Virus record (IMG/VR): IMGVR_UViG_3300036987_000309
Span: 1-44,620 of that record
Source: a virus
Taxonomy: Duplodnaviria > Caudoviricetes
Length of the DNA: 44,620 bases
Strand: one strand, 5' to 3'
A program made the position numbers and the translations under genes. Below, piece after piece: positions 1-8,671 of the stretch (position 1 is its first letter; the number at the start of each line of letters is the position of its first letter). The notes below the pieces were generated by a model. It did no database searches. It saw only the letters and a program-made list of their open reading frames with translations, and was not told where the DNA came from.

Positions 1-317
1 TTCCCCATTGCCAAAGATATCCTTTCCAATGTTTTCTTACTTACTTCATTCATTTTATTTCCTCTTTTTTCTCTTGCCCATTCAATTATGACCCAAAATG
101 CGTTTTCAATCAGTTCGTTTTTGTCCCTTTTTACGCCATCGAAAAAAACATCCTTCAAGTATTGTTTCCCTTCCTCATCTATCCAGTCTCCAATAAGAAC
201 TTCCATCTCATTTTTCCAAAAGGGCTTGTTTTTTTGGAAAAAACTCATTTGAGATGATTTGTTTTCATCAGATATATTAAGGGCTTCTTTTTCCAATCTT
301 TGGTCTAAAATCTTCAT
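1..317 (-). CDS. hypothetical protein (partial, runs off window start)
   Basis: Manual translation from ATG at 317 (MKILDQRLEKEALNIS...) with AGGAG RBS; frame stays open to position 1; not in ORF track. Confidence 0.7.
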   Translation of the reverse strand, partial: MKILDQRLEKEALNISDENKSSQMSFFQKNKPFWKNEMEVLIGDWIDEEGKQYLKDVFFDGVKRDKNELIENAFWVIIEWAREKRGNKMNEVSKKTLERISLAMG

Positions 318-327
318 CAAATTCTCC

Positions 328-969
328 TTAAAAGAAAATCTTCTTTTTTCCTGGTTCCCAAGACATAACTTCAGTTATATCTGATTTAGTCATTTCTCCG
401 CTCAAAATCTTTTCTGTAAGAGTCGTAAGAGAAACATAATTCCCATTCTGTTTGCTTTCCATAATAGGATTAGGGAATGCTCCAGGAGTTGAAGGTCTTG
501 AAACAATATCAAATGTAATCATTTTATAGTCGTCATTAACTTCATTAATTCCACCACGATAAGTAACTGTTCCCTTTCCTCTTGAACTTATGCCCATTTT
601 AACTCCATTGCGAATCAATCCAGCAAGGATATCTCCAAATGGAGTATCTTCAAGTATAAGTGATTTTCCCCAAGCGATTTTATTCTCTTTCATCATAAGA
701 GTTTTAACCAAATGACAAGCTCTTTCAGGATTAATTTCGGCAGATTGGGGATGTTGCATTTCTCCCATCAATCTGTTGTCATTAATTGTTTCTTGTAATG
801 CCGTTACTTCCCTTGATAGAATCCTGTCTGAATACACTCTTCTATTTTCATTTTCAGTGTTCGCTTTCTGATAAATTCCTTCTATAAAGAGTTTCTTTCT
901 TCCGCCTTCTGATTTTTCTTCCAAATTATAATCAAAAGGGATTGTTGTTTCTAATAACATTTCTCCCAT
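328..969 (-). CDS. prohead core protease (T4 gp21-like)
   Basis: Motifs IEGIYQKANTENENRRVY, GEMQHP, TPFGDILAGLI, GISSRGKG, ITFDIVSRPSTPGA typical of gp21-type maturation proteases; lies downstream of portal. Confidence 0.93.
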   Translation of the reverse strand: MGEMLLETTIPFDYNLEEKSEGGRKKLFIEGIYQKANTENENRRVYSDRILSREVTALQETINDNRLMGEMQHPQSAEINPERACHLVKTLMMKENKIAWGKSLILEDTPFGDILAGLIRNGVKMGISSRGKGTVTYRGGINEVNDDYKMITFDIVSRPSTPGAFPNPIMESKQNGNYVSLTTLTEKILSGEMTKSDITEVMSWEPGKKKIFF

Positions 970-982
970 ATTACACCTCTGT

Positions 983-1009
983 AAAACAAAGGGGCTTGTT
1001 CAGCCCCTT
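983..1009 (-). terminator. Rho-independent terminator
   Basis: Stem AAGGGGCT/AGCCCCTT (989-1009) followed on - strand by TGTTTT. Confidence 0.65.
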
Positions 1010-1014
1010 GCTCT

Positions 1015-2571
1015 TTACTTTTTTTCCGTTCCCATCTCTATTGTATTCTTTTTTAGAATATCATCTTCAAATTTTCCAAAACCTTCTCTCTGATTGTCCT
1101 TTGTTTTCTGAATTTCAGTTGAAAACTTCCTGTCCTCTTCCTCTATTCCTTCAATCTTCTCAGAAATAGTTTTCAAGAATTTCTTGTCTTCATCTGTGAT
1201 TCTCTGTCTTGCCCAAATATCGTTAAGTTTTTCAGACATAACAGCAAGAACTCTTCCTGTTGATTCATCCATATCCTTTTCTCTGTATCTTGAAAAAACA
1301 TCTGAAACAGTGTTCATCAATCCTTCAACATATTTCATGTTGTCGTCTTCTGGAGACTTATAATCTCTGATTGCTTCTGAAAGAGCTGAAAGGTCTTCAA
1401 TCAAACCATTTACGTCAGAAATTTCTGTCTTAAGGATGTCTTCAACAATAGCTTTTCTTACGCCAGTTTCTTCCATGGCAAAAGTCATAACCGATGCGAT
1501 TTTTTTTGCTTCCTCAAGTTTTGAAGCGTCTGAATAGATATCAACCAATGCCTTTTCAAAAACTTCAAGAGTCTTTTCCTCAGAAACAAAAGCGAATCCT
1601 TCGTATTTTCTTACAAACTCTTCAACCTCAATCTCGTTCTCGTAAAGGTCTTTTACTGTCTTCTTGAAAACATTGCTCTTCCACATTTCACAAATCTTCT
1701 GTGAATTTTTCATAGCAACAAGCAAATCAGAAACTCTGTCTGATTCTGGGCATTGTTCTTCTTTTTCGCAATATTTCTTCTTTTTAATCATATCCTTAGT
1801 ATCGTCTACAATAGAATAATCATTTTTTGCGTCAATTTTCCAATCTGGAGTTGCTGTGTCAAGAAGTGTTTTGTTTTCTGCAATCCAAAGTTTGCTCTTA
1901 GGAAGCTCAATCTTTAACTGCTTGTAAACACCTTTCCCATCTTCATAATTGAACTTAATCTTATTGATATCATACATATCATAGTGGGAAGCAATAGTCT
2001 TTCCAGAGATATTTTCTTTTACTTTGGCGTTTAAATCCTTCCAAAGTTCAGCGGAACATGATTCCATATTCTTCTTGAATTCGTTTTCGTTGTTTCCTTT
2101 CCAATTATCCGTAGTTCCACCTTGTGGTTTCATAAGGAAAGTCTTTGCCTTTGACATAGCCATTTCCTTGATTCTGTCAAGATAGACATCTTCATTGATG
2201 ACCGACTCATTTGTTGAAATCATCTTTTTCATCTTTTTCAATGATTCTGAGAAAGTTTTTCTGTCTTCATCGATTTCAAATACGTTCTGGGAAATTCCCT
2301 TAAACTGGGAATCTTTGCTTTCAGCATCTTCTACAATCTCTTTTTCAAAAGAAAGTTTCTTTACTCCATCAAGCGAGATGCCTGTTTTATCCAAAGCATA
2401 CTCAGATATGAAATATTGCTGTGAGCCAGGAACGTAAAAAACAATCTTGTTTTCTGTTATTACAGCTGGAACGAATCTTCCTTCAAAGTAATAATTGAAC
2501 ATATTGTCAACCAGTTTGTTTTCCTTGCTTCCTTCCAAAATAGCCTTTAATTCTGTGATTTTAAGTTTCAT
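1015..2571 (-). CDS. hypothetical protein, probable prohead core/scaffold-type head protein
   Basis: 518 aa, E/K-rich and helical; lies between portal and protease; GGAGG RBS; several [I/L]-x-E motifs (ILE, ITE, INE, IAE, LSE). Confidence 0.55.
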   Translation of the reverse strand: MKLKITELKAILEGSKENKLVDNMFNYYFEGRFVPAVITENKIVFYVPGSQQYFISEYALDKTGISLDGVKKLSFEKEIVEDAESKDSQFKGISQNVFEIDEDRKTFSESLKKMKKMISTNESVINEDVYLDRIKEMAMSKAKTFLMKPQGGTTDNWKGNNENEFKKNMESCSAELWKDLNAKVKENISGKTIASHYDMYDINKIKFNYEDGKGVYKQLKIELPKSKLWIAENKTLLDTATPDWKIDAKNDYSIVDDTKDMIKKKKYCEKEEQCPESDRVSDLLVAMKNSQKICEMWKSNVFKKTVKDLYENEIEVEEFVRKYEGFAFVSEEKTLEVFEKALVDIYSDASKLEEAKKIASVMTFAMEETGVRKAIVEDILKTEISDVNGLIEDLSALSEAIRDYKSPEDDNMKYVEGLMNTVSDVFSRYREKDMDESTGRVLAVMSEKLNDIWARQRITDEDKKFLKTISEKIEGIEEEDRKFSTEIQKTKDNQREGFGKFEDDILKKNTIEMGTEKK

Positions 2572-2606
2572 TTTTATTTTTCCTCCGAAATTAGTCTTGT
2601 TTACTA

Positions 2607-2614
2607 TTAACTTT
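2607..2614 (-). promoter_or_regulatory. AAAGTTAA motif (putative phage late promoter)
   Basis: Exact motif about 35 nt upstream of the ATG at 2571; recurs in many intergenic gaps. Confidence 0.65.
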
Positions 2615-2626
2615 TAGAATTTGTAA

Positions 2627-5617
2627 TCATTTGTTGGATTTATTGAAAATTTGTTTTAGCTCCCTTTTATCCAAATCATTCAAAAAATTTTCATCTGGAT
2701 TTGGATATTCAATCACTTCTTCTGAAATTGGATTTCCCCCAACTTCTTTCCCTTCCAATGCTCTTTCAAATCCTTCGGAATGGACATTGTGTTTATTTTC
2801 AATAAGCATATCGTCTTCTTTCTTTTCTTTTCTTCTTTCGTTCAATCCTTTAAGTTCTCCGCTTGAAACACTTCCAATGAATCCGTTTGAATAAAAATCT
2901 TCGTCTTCTGCTTTTTGATTCATAACCTTAAGGAGTTCTTCCTGTTTTTCAACAATAAGACTTTGGTTTTTTCTGTAAGACTCATTTATGTTTGAGATTA
3001 ATGATTCTGTCAACATTCTTTCTCCCTTTTTCAGTTTTTGATTCTTGCCTTCAAAATTCATAAGAGCCATCAAAGCATAATCCGAAGCTGTCATATTTGG
3101 ATTTATCAATCCAGCTCCTTTGGTTTCCATCTCCGCTGTTTCTTTTGGAGTTGTCTGTATTTCTGTTCCTGTTGGAGGCGTTGCCGAAGCTTCTCCTCCA
3201 GGTCCAGGTTGTGGTGTTGTTGCTTCCGCTCCTGGTTGTGGAGGTGGAGCGCCTAATCCTGCTTGCATTTGTTGTTCTGGTGTTCCGCCAATTCCTTGTT
3301 CCGCTGGCATTCCAGCCGTCATAGCCCCTGCTCCTTGCATAAACGGAGAAGGTTTTCCTGTTAATATGGAAAGCATATCCGCTCCAGCTGCCTGAGCTTG
3401 CATCAATCCCGTTATGGCGATAATTTCTTCATCAGATAAACCCATATATTCTTTCAATATATAAACATTTGGGAAAAGCTGTGAACTTGCAATGGTCTGA
3501 ATTGTTTGAAATTTCATGCTTAAAAATTCAAGCTTTGATTGTTCCTTATACATGGAAGGAGGAGTTAATTTTATTCTCAATGATTTTATTTTGTCAGGAG
3601 AAATTCCTTTCAAGATAAGATAAATATAAGCTATCTTATATAATCCAGCTTCAAAATGAGTTTGTACTTTTTCAATTGCCTTGGCAAAATTAGTGTCTAT
3701 TTGAGATAGAGCCTTTCCTGATGTTTTTAAGGAATCCTCATTCATCCAACTTTTTGGAATTCTAAGGTTAAACATTATTTTTTCCCTGAACCAACCCAAG
3801 TCATCCAAATCTCCGCCTATTCTTTGTCCAGCTCCAAGTTCAGTGACAGACGTTGAAGCTTGCCCAGCCCTTGAAGGAATCCAGAAATCTTCTACCATAG
3901 AAATGGCTTTTTTAGCGTCAACAGCTCTCCCTGTTGTTGGGTCTATGATTGTTTTCTTATTCAAAGAATCCCTTACCCTCTTTACATATTCAAGAGCTTT
4001 GTCATGTGAAAGTTGTCCAACATCAACTGTCCATACCCTTCGTGCCGGCGCTCTTGCCAATCTGTAAATAATAGCAGCATCTTCAATTAGTTTCAGTTGT
4101 TTCCAGGTTGTCCTGCTTGAATCCAAAATACTTCTTCCAAATGGAGAATATTTATTGTCTTCGATTCTAAAGTCAACTACCTTAAATGGTTCAATGAGTT
4201 TATTGTCCATTTCAGGACCCAACTTCTTTAATACTTCACTTTCTCTTGTTGTTCCAATATTTATTTCAAGAGGGGAATATTTAAATCCCTTCAACTGACC
4301 TTCGTTTTCCATTCTCCATAGTTTGTAAGGAGATATGAATTTAAGTCTCATAATATCAGTAAGTTTCTTGTCAAAAACAATTTCGTAAAATGTGTTTCCA
4401 TACTTACACATTTCATTTGCCATCTTGTTGGCATTTTCATTAATCTTTAATTTTTCAAAAAACAATTCCTTTACAAGCTTTTCAGTTTTCTTGTCTTTCG
4501 CTTTAATTGAAATAACGTTTCCTTTGTCGTCTTTCTGTGTCATCTCGTCAGCGTAAGTATCAACCATTCCTCCAATTAAGGCATCATAACAGTTATGAAC
4601 AAAAGCCCCAGATGAAATGGCAAAATTATTATAATCCTTCACGCTTATGTCGAAAGCTTCTGTTACAATCCCATAAGTTTCCTTGGACTCAACAATAAGG
4701 GTTTCAAATGAATTGAAGTTGATATCAACCTCAACTTCCTTGTTGTATTTTTCAAGATTAAACAAAGTTGGATTGTTTTCCAAGGCTCTTTCGTTCAAGT
4801 GAGTGTTATAGTGTTCTCCTCTTGATATCAAATCTAGGTTCTGAGGATTATTATTTCTCTTATTATGGTCACGATGATGGACGTTATCATTGTCCTCCAT
4901 CTTTCCATTGAATTCACTTGAAACCATCCTGTGAGTAAAATTCCATTTGCCTTCCTCAAGAAACATCTCATATCCTTCAAGGCTATCCCTTGATTTCTTT
5001 GAGATTCTTCTTATCAAAGGTCTTATCTTATCTCCACTTGTTAATTTTGAGGCTTCGACATAATCCCCGCTTTCAAGTAAAAATAAATGGTCTGGTGTTA
5101 CAACATCAATATTTCCATTGTTATATCTAAGCTTAATCATCTCACAATTTGTTCTTGTGACTCTTGGATTAAATCCTAAACCAACAACAACTTTATTTGT
5201 TTTGATATCATAAGAGTAAACATAAAAATGTTCATCCTTGTGTTTTGTTGCCCAATCTTTTATTTTAATTGATTTTCCATTTACAAGAGGAATCTTTGTA
5301 TCTCCATGGAGACACATCTGTTCGTAATCAGCATATCTTACAAATCTATCATTTTCAATCTTCCTTGCGTCGGTTGCAGTATTTCCGCCAAGCTCATACA
5401 TCTTAGACATCCAGTCTCCATCATATTGTGAAGTGTCTGGGCGAAGTTCCATCTTTTCAATTTTTTCGCCATTTATTTCTGTTGAAACAAATTTTGAATT
5501 TGTTATCCTGTTGAATAACCTTTTAAAGATACCTTCTTCCTTTTTTATGTCCGCATCTGTCCTTATGTTAGCATCATTCTTGTCGTTAATCTCTATCTTT
5601 GTTTCGCCGTCTGCCAT
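2627..5617 (-). CDS. portal protein (T4 gp20-like) containing an intein
   Basis: Portal motifs RYADYEQM, MCKYGN, PFGRSILDSSRTTWKQLKLIEDAAIIYRLARAPARRVWTVDVG, EDFWIP, LRIPKS; adjacent to terminase. Confidence 0.95.
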   Translation of the reverse strand: MADGETKIEINDKNDANIRTDADIKKEEGIFKRLFNRITNSKFVSTEINGEKIEKMELRPDTSQYDGDWMSKMYELGGNTATDARKIENDRFVRYADYEQMCLHGDTKIPLVNGKSIKIKDWATKHKDEHFYVYSYDIKTNKVVVGLGFNPRVTRTNCEMIKLRYNNGNIDVVTPDHLFLLESGDYVEASKLTSGDKIRPLIRRISKKSRDSLEGYEMFLEEGKWNFTHRMVSSEFNGKMEDNDNVHHRDHNKRNNNPQNLDLISRGEHYNTHLNERALENNPTLFNLEKYNKEVEVDINFNSFETLIVESKETYGIVTEAFDISVKDYNNFAISSGAFVHNCYDALIGGMVDTYADEMTQKDDKGNVISIKAKDKKTEKLVKELFFEKLKINENANKMANEMCKYGNTFYEIVFDKKLTDIMRLKFISPYKLWRMENEGQLKGFKYSPLEINIGTTRESEVLKKLGPEMDNKLIEPFKVVDFRIEDNKYSPFGRSILDSSRTTWKQLKLIEDAAIIYRLARAPARRVWTVDVGQLSHDKALEYVKRVRDSLNKKTIIDPTTGRAVDAKKAISMVEDFWIPSRAGQASTSVTELGAGQRIGGDLDDLGWFREKIMFNLRIPKSWMNEDSLKTSGKALSQIDTNFAKAIEKVQTHFEAGLYKIAYIYLILKGISPDKIKSLRIKLTPPSMYKEQSKLEFLSMKFQTIQTIASSQLFPNVYILKEYMGLSDEEIIAITGLMQAQAAGADMLSILTGKPSPFMQGAGAMTAGMPAEQGIGGTPEQQMQAGLGAPPPQPGAEATTPQPGPGGEASATPPTGTEIQTTPKETAEMETKGAGLINPNMTASDYALMALMNFEGKNQKLKKGERMLTESLISNINESYRKNQSLIVEKQEELLKVMNQKAEDEDFYSNGFIGSVSSGELKGLNERRKEKKEDDMLIENKHNVHSEGFERALEGKEVGGNPISEEVIEYPNPDENFLNDLDKRELKQIFNKSNK
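4592..5314 (-). mobile_element. intein (241 aa) with HNH homing endonuclease, in portal gene
   Basis: Block A CLHGDTKI, block B VTPDHLFL, block F AFDISVKDYNNFA, terminal VHN followed by +1 Cys; internal HRMV..VHHRDHNKRNNNPQNL..EH HNH motif. Confidence 0.93.
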
Positions 5618-5657
5618 AAATCCTCCTATCGGTTTTTATTTGTTCGACTTGAGTAAA

Positions 5658-5915
5658 TTAAGTTCCAGAAGGGAAAACGCCAGTTCCTTTGACAGTAAAC
5701 CAATCTGATTGTAACTCCTCTCCAAACAAAGGAATCTTTGGAAGCTGGGAAGCTTGGTTGAGCCACCTTTTATATTCCGTTTGACTCAAAATAACCGAAG
5801 AATCGTTGTTGAAAACCAATTCATAGTTTAATCCATTCTTTTTTATCAAGCAAATGTTAAAAGCGTTTATTATATAATCCACACTTGCTGTCGATGTAAC
5901 CTTTGTTAATAGCAT
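5658..5915 (-). CDS. hypothetical protein
   Basis: 85 aa ORF with GGAGGT RBS between terminase and portal. Confidence 0.7.
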   Translation of the reverse strand: MLLTKVTSTASVDYIINAFNICLIKKNGLNYELVFNNDSSVILSQTEYKRWLNQASQLPKIPLFGEELQSDWFTVKGTGVFPSGT

Positions 5916-5944
5916 TTTAGCTACCTCCTATCTTATTATTATAA

Positions 5945-5952
5945 TTAACTTT
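5945..5952 (-). promoter_or_regulatory. AAAGTTAA motif (putative late promoter)
   Basis: Exact motif about 30 nt upstream of the ATG at 5915. Confidence 0.65.
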
Positions 5953-5953
5953 G

Positions 5954-7735
5954 TCATTCTGGCTTCTTTATCCTTGGTATTCCAAGAAAATCGAAATTGG
6001 AATCGTCTATTTCATAGTTGTCGGCAAGTTCTTGGGAAGATATTTCACTCAATCCCCTCTCTCTGTAGTCAGAACTTGACATATAATCGCCATTAGCAGG
6101 AGATTCTATACTATCGGACAAGATTCCTATTGACATTGATTTTATATCAACTTCCTTGTCCGCAAACCTTTTTATATTAACCCCAATGCTTTGGTTGTTC
6201 ACAAAAGATTCCGTTGTATAATCGGCAATCATAAATCCAAAAATCAAGTCGTCATTTGATTTTTTTGCAGCCTGAGCCTTACCATTTTCCCATACAAATG
6301 TTTTTAATTCTGAAATTAACCTTGAAGAATTTATTTCAACCTTCCCTTTCATTACAACATCCTGTAGGTTACTTACAAGAAGTGGTCTTGTTCTTGTATC
6401 TGTGTACCATCCTGGAACTAATTTTCTTCCATGTTCCCTGTGATAAACATTATCATATCCACCATCAATCAATTTATTTACAACTTCTTCTGTTGAGTTA
6501 GTTTCCGTTACTATAAAAGCATCATTGTAATATTTTGCTATTTTCAGATATATTGGATACAAAAAATTATGAGGAACTCTTGCTCTCCATTCGGCAACTT
6601 GCCTTGATGTGTTTATGTCTATTATTTCAAGGGTGGAATAGTCAGCGGCTCTTCCAGTGGAAGTATCTCCTCCCATTATATAATAATGTCCAGGAACTGG
6701 TTCTTCCCAAATCCAAAGACCTTTTATATAATCGAAAGCCTCATCAAATCCGTCCTTAAGGGCATAAACATCTTCTGGTGTAACATCCACTTCTTTCAAG
6801 AAATCCGTTCTCAAAACATTTCTTGGAATTAATTTTTCAAGATACTCAGTTGGAATAACTGTGTCTCCGCTCATTATCCATTCGCCTAAAATTTCCTGTT
6901 TGAAAGCGGTTATATCTGGATAATTCTTGCTTTGTTTTACAGCCCAAGCATTTTCTTTCCAATCTACATATTTTAAATCTGGGTCTGTATTATACATCGG
7001 ACATTCCCACCAATGAATTTCAAATGGAGTCCAATCATTTTCCTTTGATGTAGCCCCTGTCCATAAATTATAAAATTCTTGTCCTATTCCAGCTGTCCCA
7101 TTAGGGGTTGAGATTAAAACTATATGTTCTCCAGATACGTTCAATGCTGGCAAAGCAGATGTTAATAAACTTTTTTTTGCTGAATCTGACTTTTCTCCAG
7201 AACCAAAAAAAGCAAATTCATCCATGATGACGAAAGAAGGGCTTCTTCCTCTCAATGCCCTTGGTGTGTTTGCCATAGCTTCAATTGAACTGTTAGTGTC
7301 AAATGTCATTTGATGGGCATTTTGTTCTTTTAATCTTCCGCCAATCCAAGAAGGAATAGCTTCAAAAACAAGCTCACATCTCTTTTCTTTAAAATAAACG
7401 GCTTCTCTATCATTTATAGAAATTATAACAACTTCTTTGCTTTTGTGAAACATTGCCACCCAAAGAACTAAAGCTCCGCTTGCTTGAGACATTCCAAGCT
7501 GCCTTCCCTTGTTTATTATGACAAATTTGTTATCAAGAACCGTTTTTATGAAGTTTTTTTGATATTGAAATAACTTAAATGGTTTCGATTTATCGCCATC
7601 AATAAAAAGAAAATGCTCAATAAACCATATTGGGTCTAATTTGCTTCTTTTTATTATTTTTATTTTATCTTCTTCTGATAATTCAAACTCTTCTTTTTTA
7701 TATATTGATTCTAAATATAAATCATCTTCATTCAT
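5954..7735 (-). CDS. terminase large subunit, full length (ATPase plus RNase H-like nuclease)
   Basis: Q-motif FKLFQYQ, Walker A NKGRQLGMS, Walker B VIMDEFAF, STPNG, nuclease motifs MGGDTSTGRAADYS and NDDLIFG. Confidence 0.95.
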   Translation of the reverse strand: MNEDDLYLESIYKKEEFELSEEDKIKIIKRSKLDPIWFIEHFLFIDGDKSKPFKLFQYQKNFIKTVLDNKFVIINKGRQLGMSQASGALVLWVAMFHKSKEVVIISINDREAVYFKEKRCELVFEAIPSWIGGRLKEQNAHQMTFDTNSSIEAMANTPRALRGRSPSFVIMDEFAFFGSGEKSDSAKKSLLTSALPALNVSGEHIVLISTPNGTAGIGQEFYNLWTGATSKENDWTPFEIHWWECPMYNTDPDLKYVDWKENAWAVKQSKNYPDITAFKQEILGEWIMSGDTVIPTEYLEKLIPRNVLRTDFLKEVDVTPEDVYALKDGFDEAFDYIKGLWIWEEPVPGHYYIMGGDTSTGRAADYSTLEIIDINTSRQVAEWRARVPHNFLYPIYLKIAKYYNDAFIVTETNSTEEVVNKLIDGGYDNVYHREHGRKLVPGWYTDTRTRPLLVSNLQDVVMKGKVEINSSRLISELKTFVWENGKAQAAKKSNDDLIFGFMIADYTTESFVNNQSIGVNIKRFADKEVDIKSMSIGILSDSIESPANGDYMSSSDYRERGLSEISSQELADNYEIDDSNFDFLGIPRIKKPE

Positions 7736-8426
7736 TTATGAACTCCTTTATATTATCCCTTTCTTTATTTTCGTTAAAAAATTTTTCCCTTATTCTATAT
7801 ATTTTCTTTCCCAAATATGATTCTAAAACGTTTTGTCGTTTGATGTCATCTGCCTTTAATTTGTTTTTAAAATAATGACTTTCTTCATCCCATTCTATGA
7901 CTAAATTTAAATTAGGCTCATAGTAATCCGTCCATATTCTCTTGCCATCTATAACGAATAATTTTTCCCTTCCGTTGGTTGCAAATCTCCCATTTAATCC
8001 CAATTCTTTGTTTAATTTAAAAAAGAATTCGCATGATTTTTTATTATATGAAGGGTATAAATAATTGCCACTAAATTTTTGAGCTTTTCTGTAACAATCC
8101 ATGCAACAGAATTTTCTTTTATTTGCTGGAGAGTTATAAAATTCTTCGCCGCAAAAATCACATTTTTGAATTGTATTTTTTCTTTGTTTTATATTAAAAC
8201 ATTCTCTGCTGCAAAAAGAACCTACGTTGTATTTACTTTTATAGCAATCTATTTTAGTCTTTTTTACATTAAATTTACTGCCGCATATAACGCATTTTTT
8301 CTCAACAAAGTTTATTCCTTTAGAAAACCTACATTTATTAGAACAAAAAGCCTGATTGTTTCTGTAAGAAACAAACTCTTTACCACAAATAGGGCAAATT
8401 TTATTCCTTTTCATTTTTCCCTTCAT
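7728..8426 (-). CDS. putative homing endonuclease: tandem CxxC/FCSxxC zinc-finger repeats plus Vsr/DUF559-like nuclease
   Basis: Three C-x2-C...FC[SC]xxC repeats; C-terminal DYYEPNLNLVIEWDEESHY...DDIKRQ...IYRI. Confidence 0.8.
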   Translation of the reverse strand: MKGKMKRNKICPICGKEFVSYRNNQAFCSNKCRFSKGINFVEKKCVICGSKFNVKKTKIDCYKSKYNVGSFCSRECFNIKQRKNTIQKCDFCGEEFYNSPANKRKFCCMDCYRKAQKFSGNYLYPSYNKKSCEFFFKLNKELGLNGRFATNGREKLFVIDGKRIWTDYYEPNLNLVIEWDEESHYFKNKLKADDIKRQNVLESYLGKKIYRIREKFFNENKERDNIKEFINE

Positions 8427-8547
8427 CAGAATAATTAAAAATGAAGTTCCTTATTACTTCTGAAAAACTTTTGCCTTCTTTTTCTGACTTTTTCATGGCT
8501 TTGTCAAGTATTTCTCTTTTAACTCTTACGTTTATTTGAGAGTCCAT
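8401..8547 (-). CDS. ribbon-helix-helix DNA-binding microprotein (48 aa)
   Basis: Manual translation MDSQINVRVKREILDKAMKKSEKEGKSFSEVIRNFIFNYSDEGKNEKE; alternating beta ribbon INVRV and G-x-S-F-S-E-V-I-R turn typical of CopG/Arc RHH; AGGAAG RBS. Confidence 0.8.
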   Translation of the reverse strand: MDSQINVRVKREILDKAMKKSEKEGKSFSEVIRNFIFNYSDEGKNEKE

Positions 8548-8590
8548 TATCTTCCTTTTCATATTTTTTGCCCTCATTATATCTATACAT

Positions 8591-8598
8591 TTAACTTT
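8591..8598 (-). promoter_or_regulatory. AAAGTTAA motif (putative late promoter)
   Basis: Exact motif upstream of the RHH-endonuclease-terminase unit. Confidence 0.65.
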
Positions 8599-8671
8599 AG
8601 CATAAATCTGGCAATAACATGAAAATTTTATTGTAACATATGGATTGTTATTATGCAGAGAAGATGTTATT

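Noticed and set aside
8401-8426. Frameshift fusion of RHH to endonuclease
   Set aside because: Both cassettes have the same +1 offset, but each nuclease has its own ATG, so translational coupling is the simpler explanation
8600-8670. Structured ncRNA or operator (AATAACA...TGTTATT)
   Set aside because: The inverted repeat is short and AT-rich; it cannot be distinguished from chance by eye
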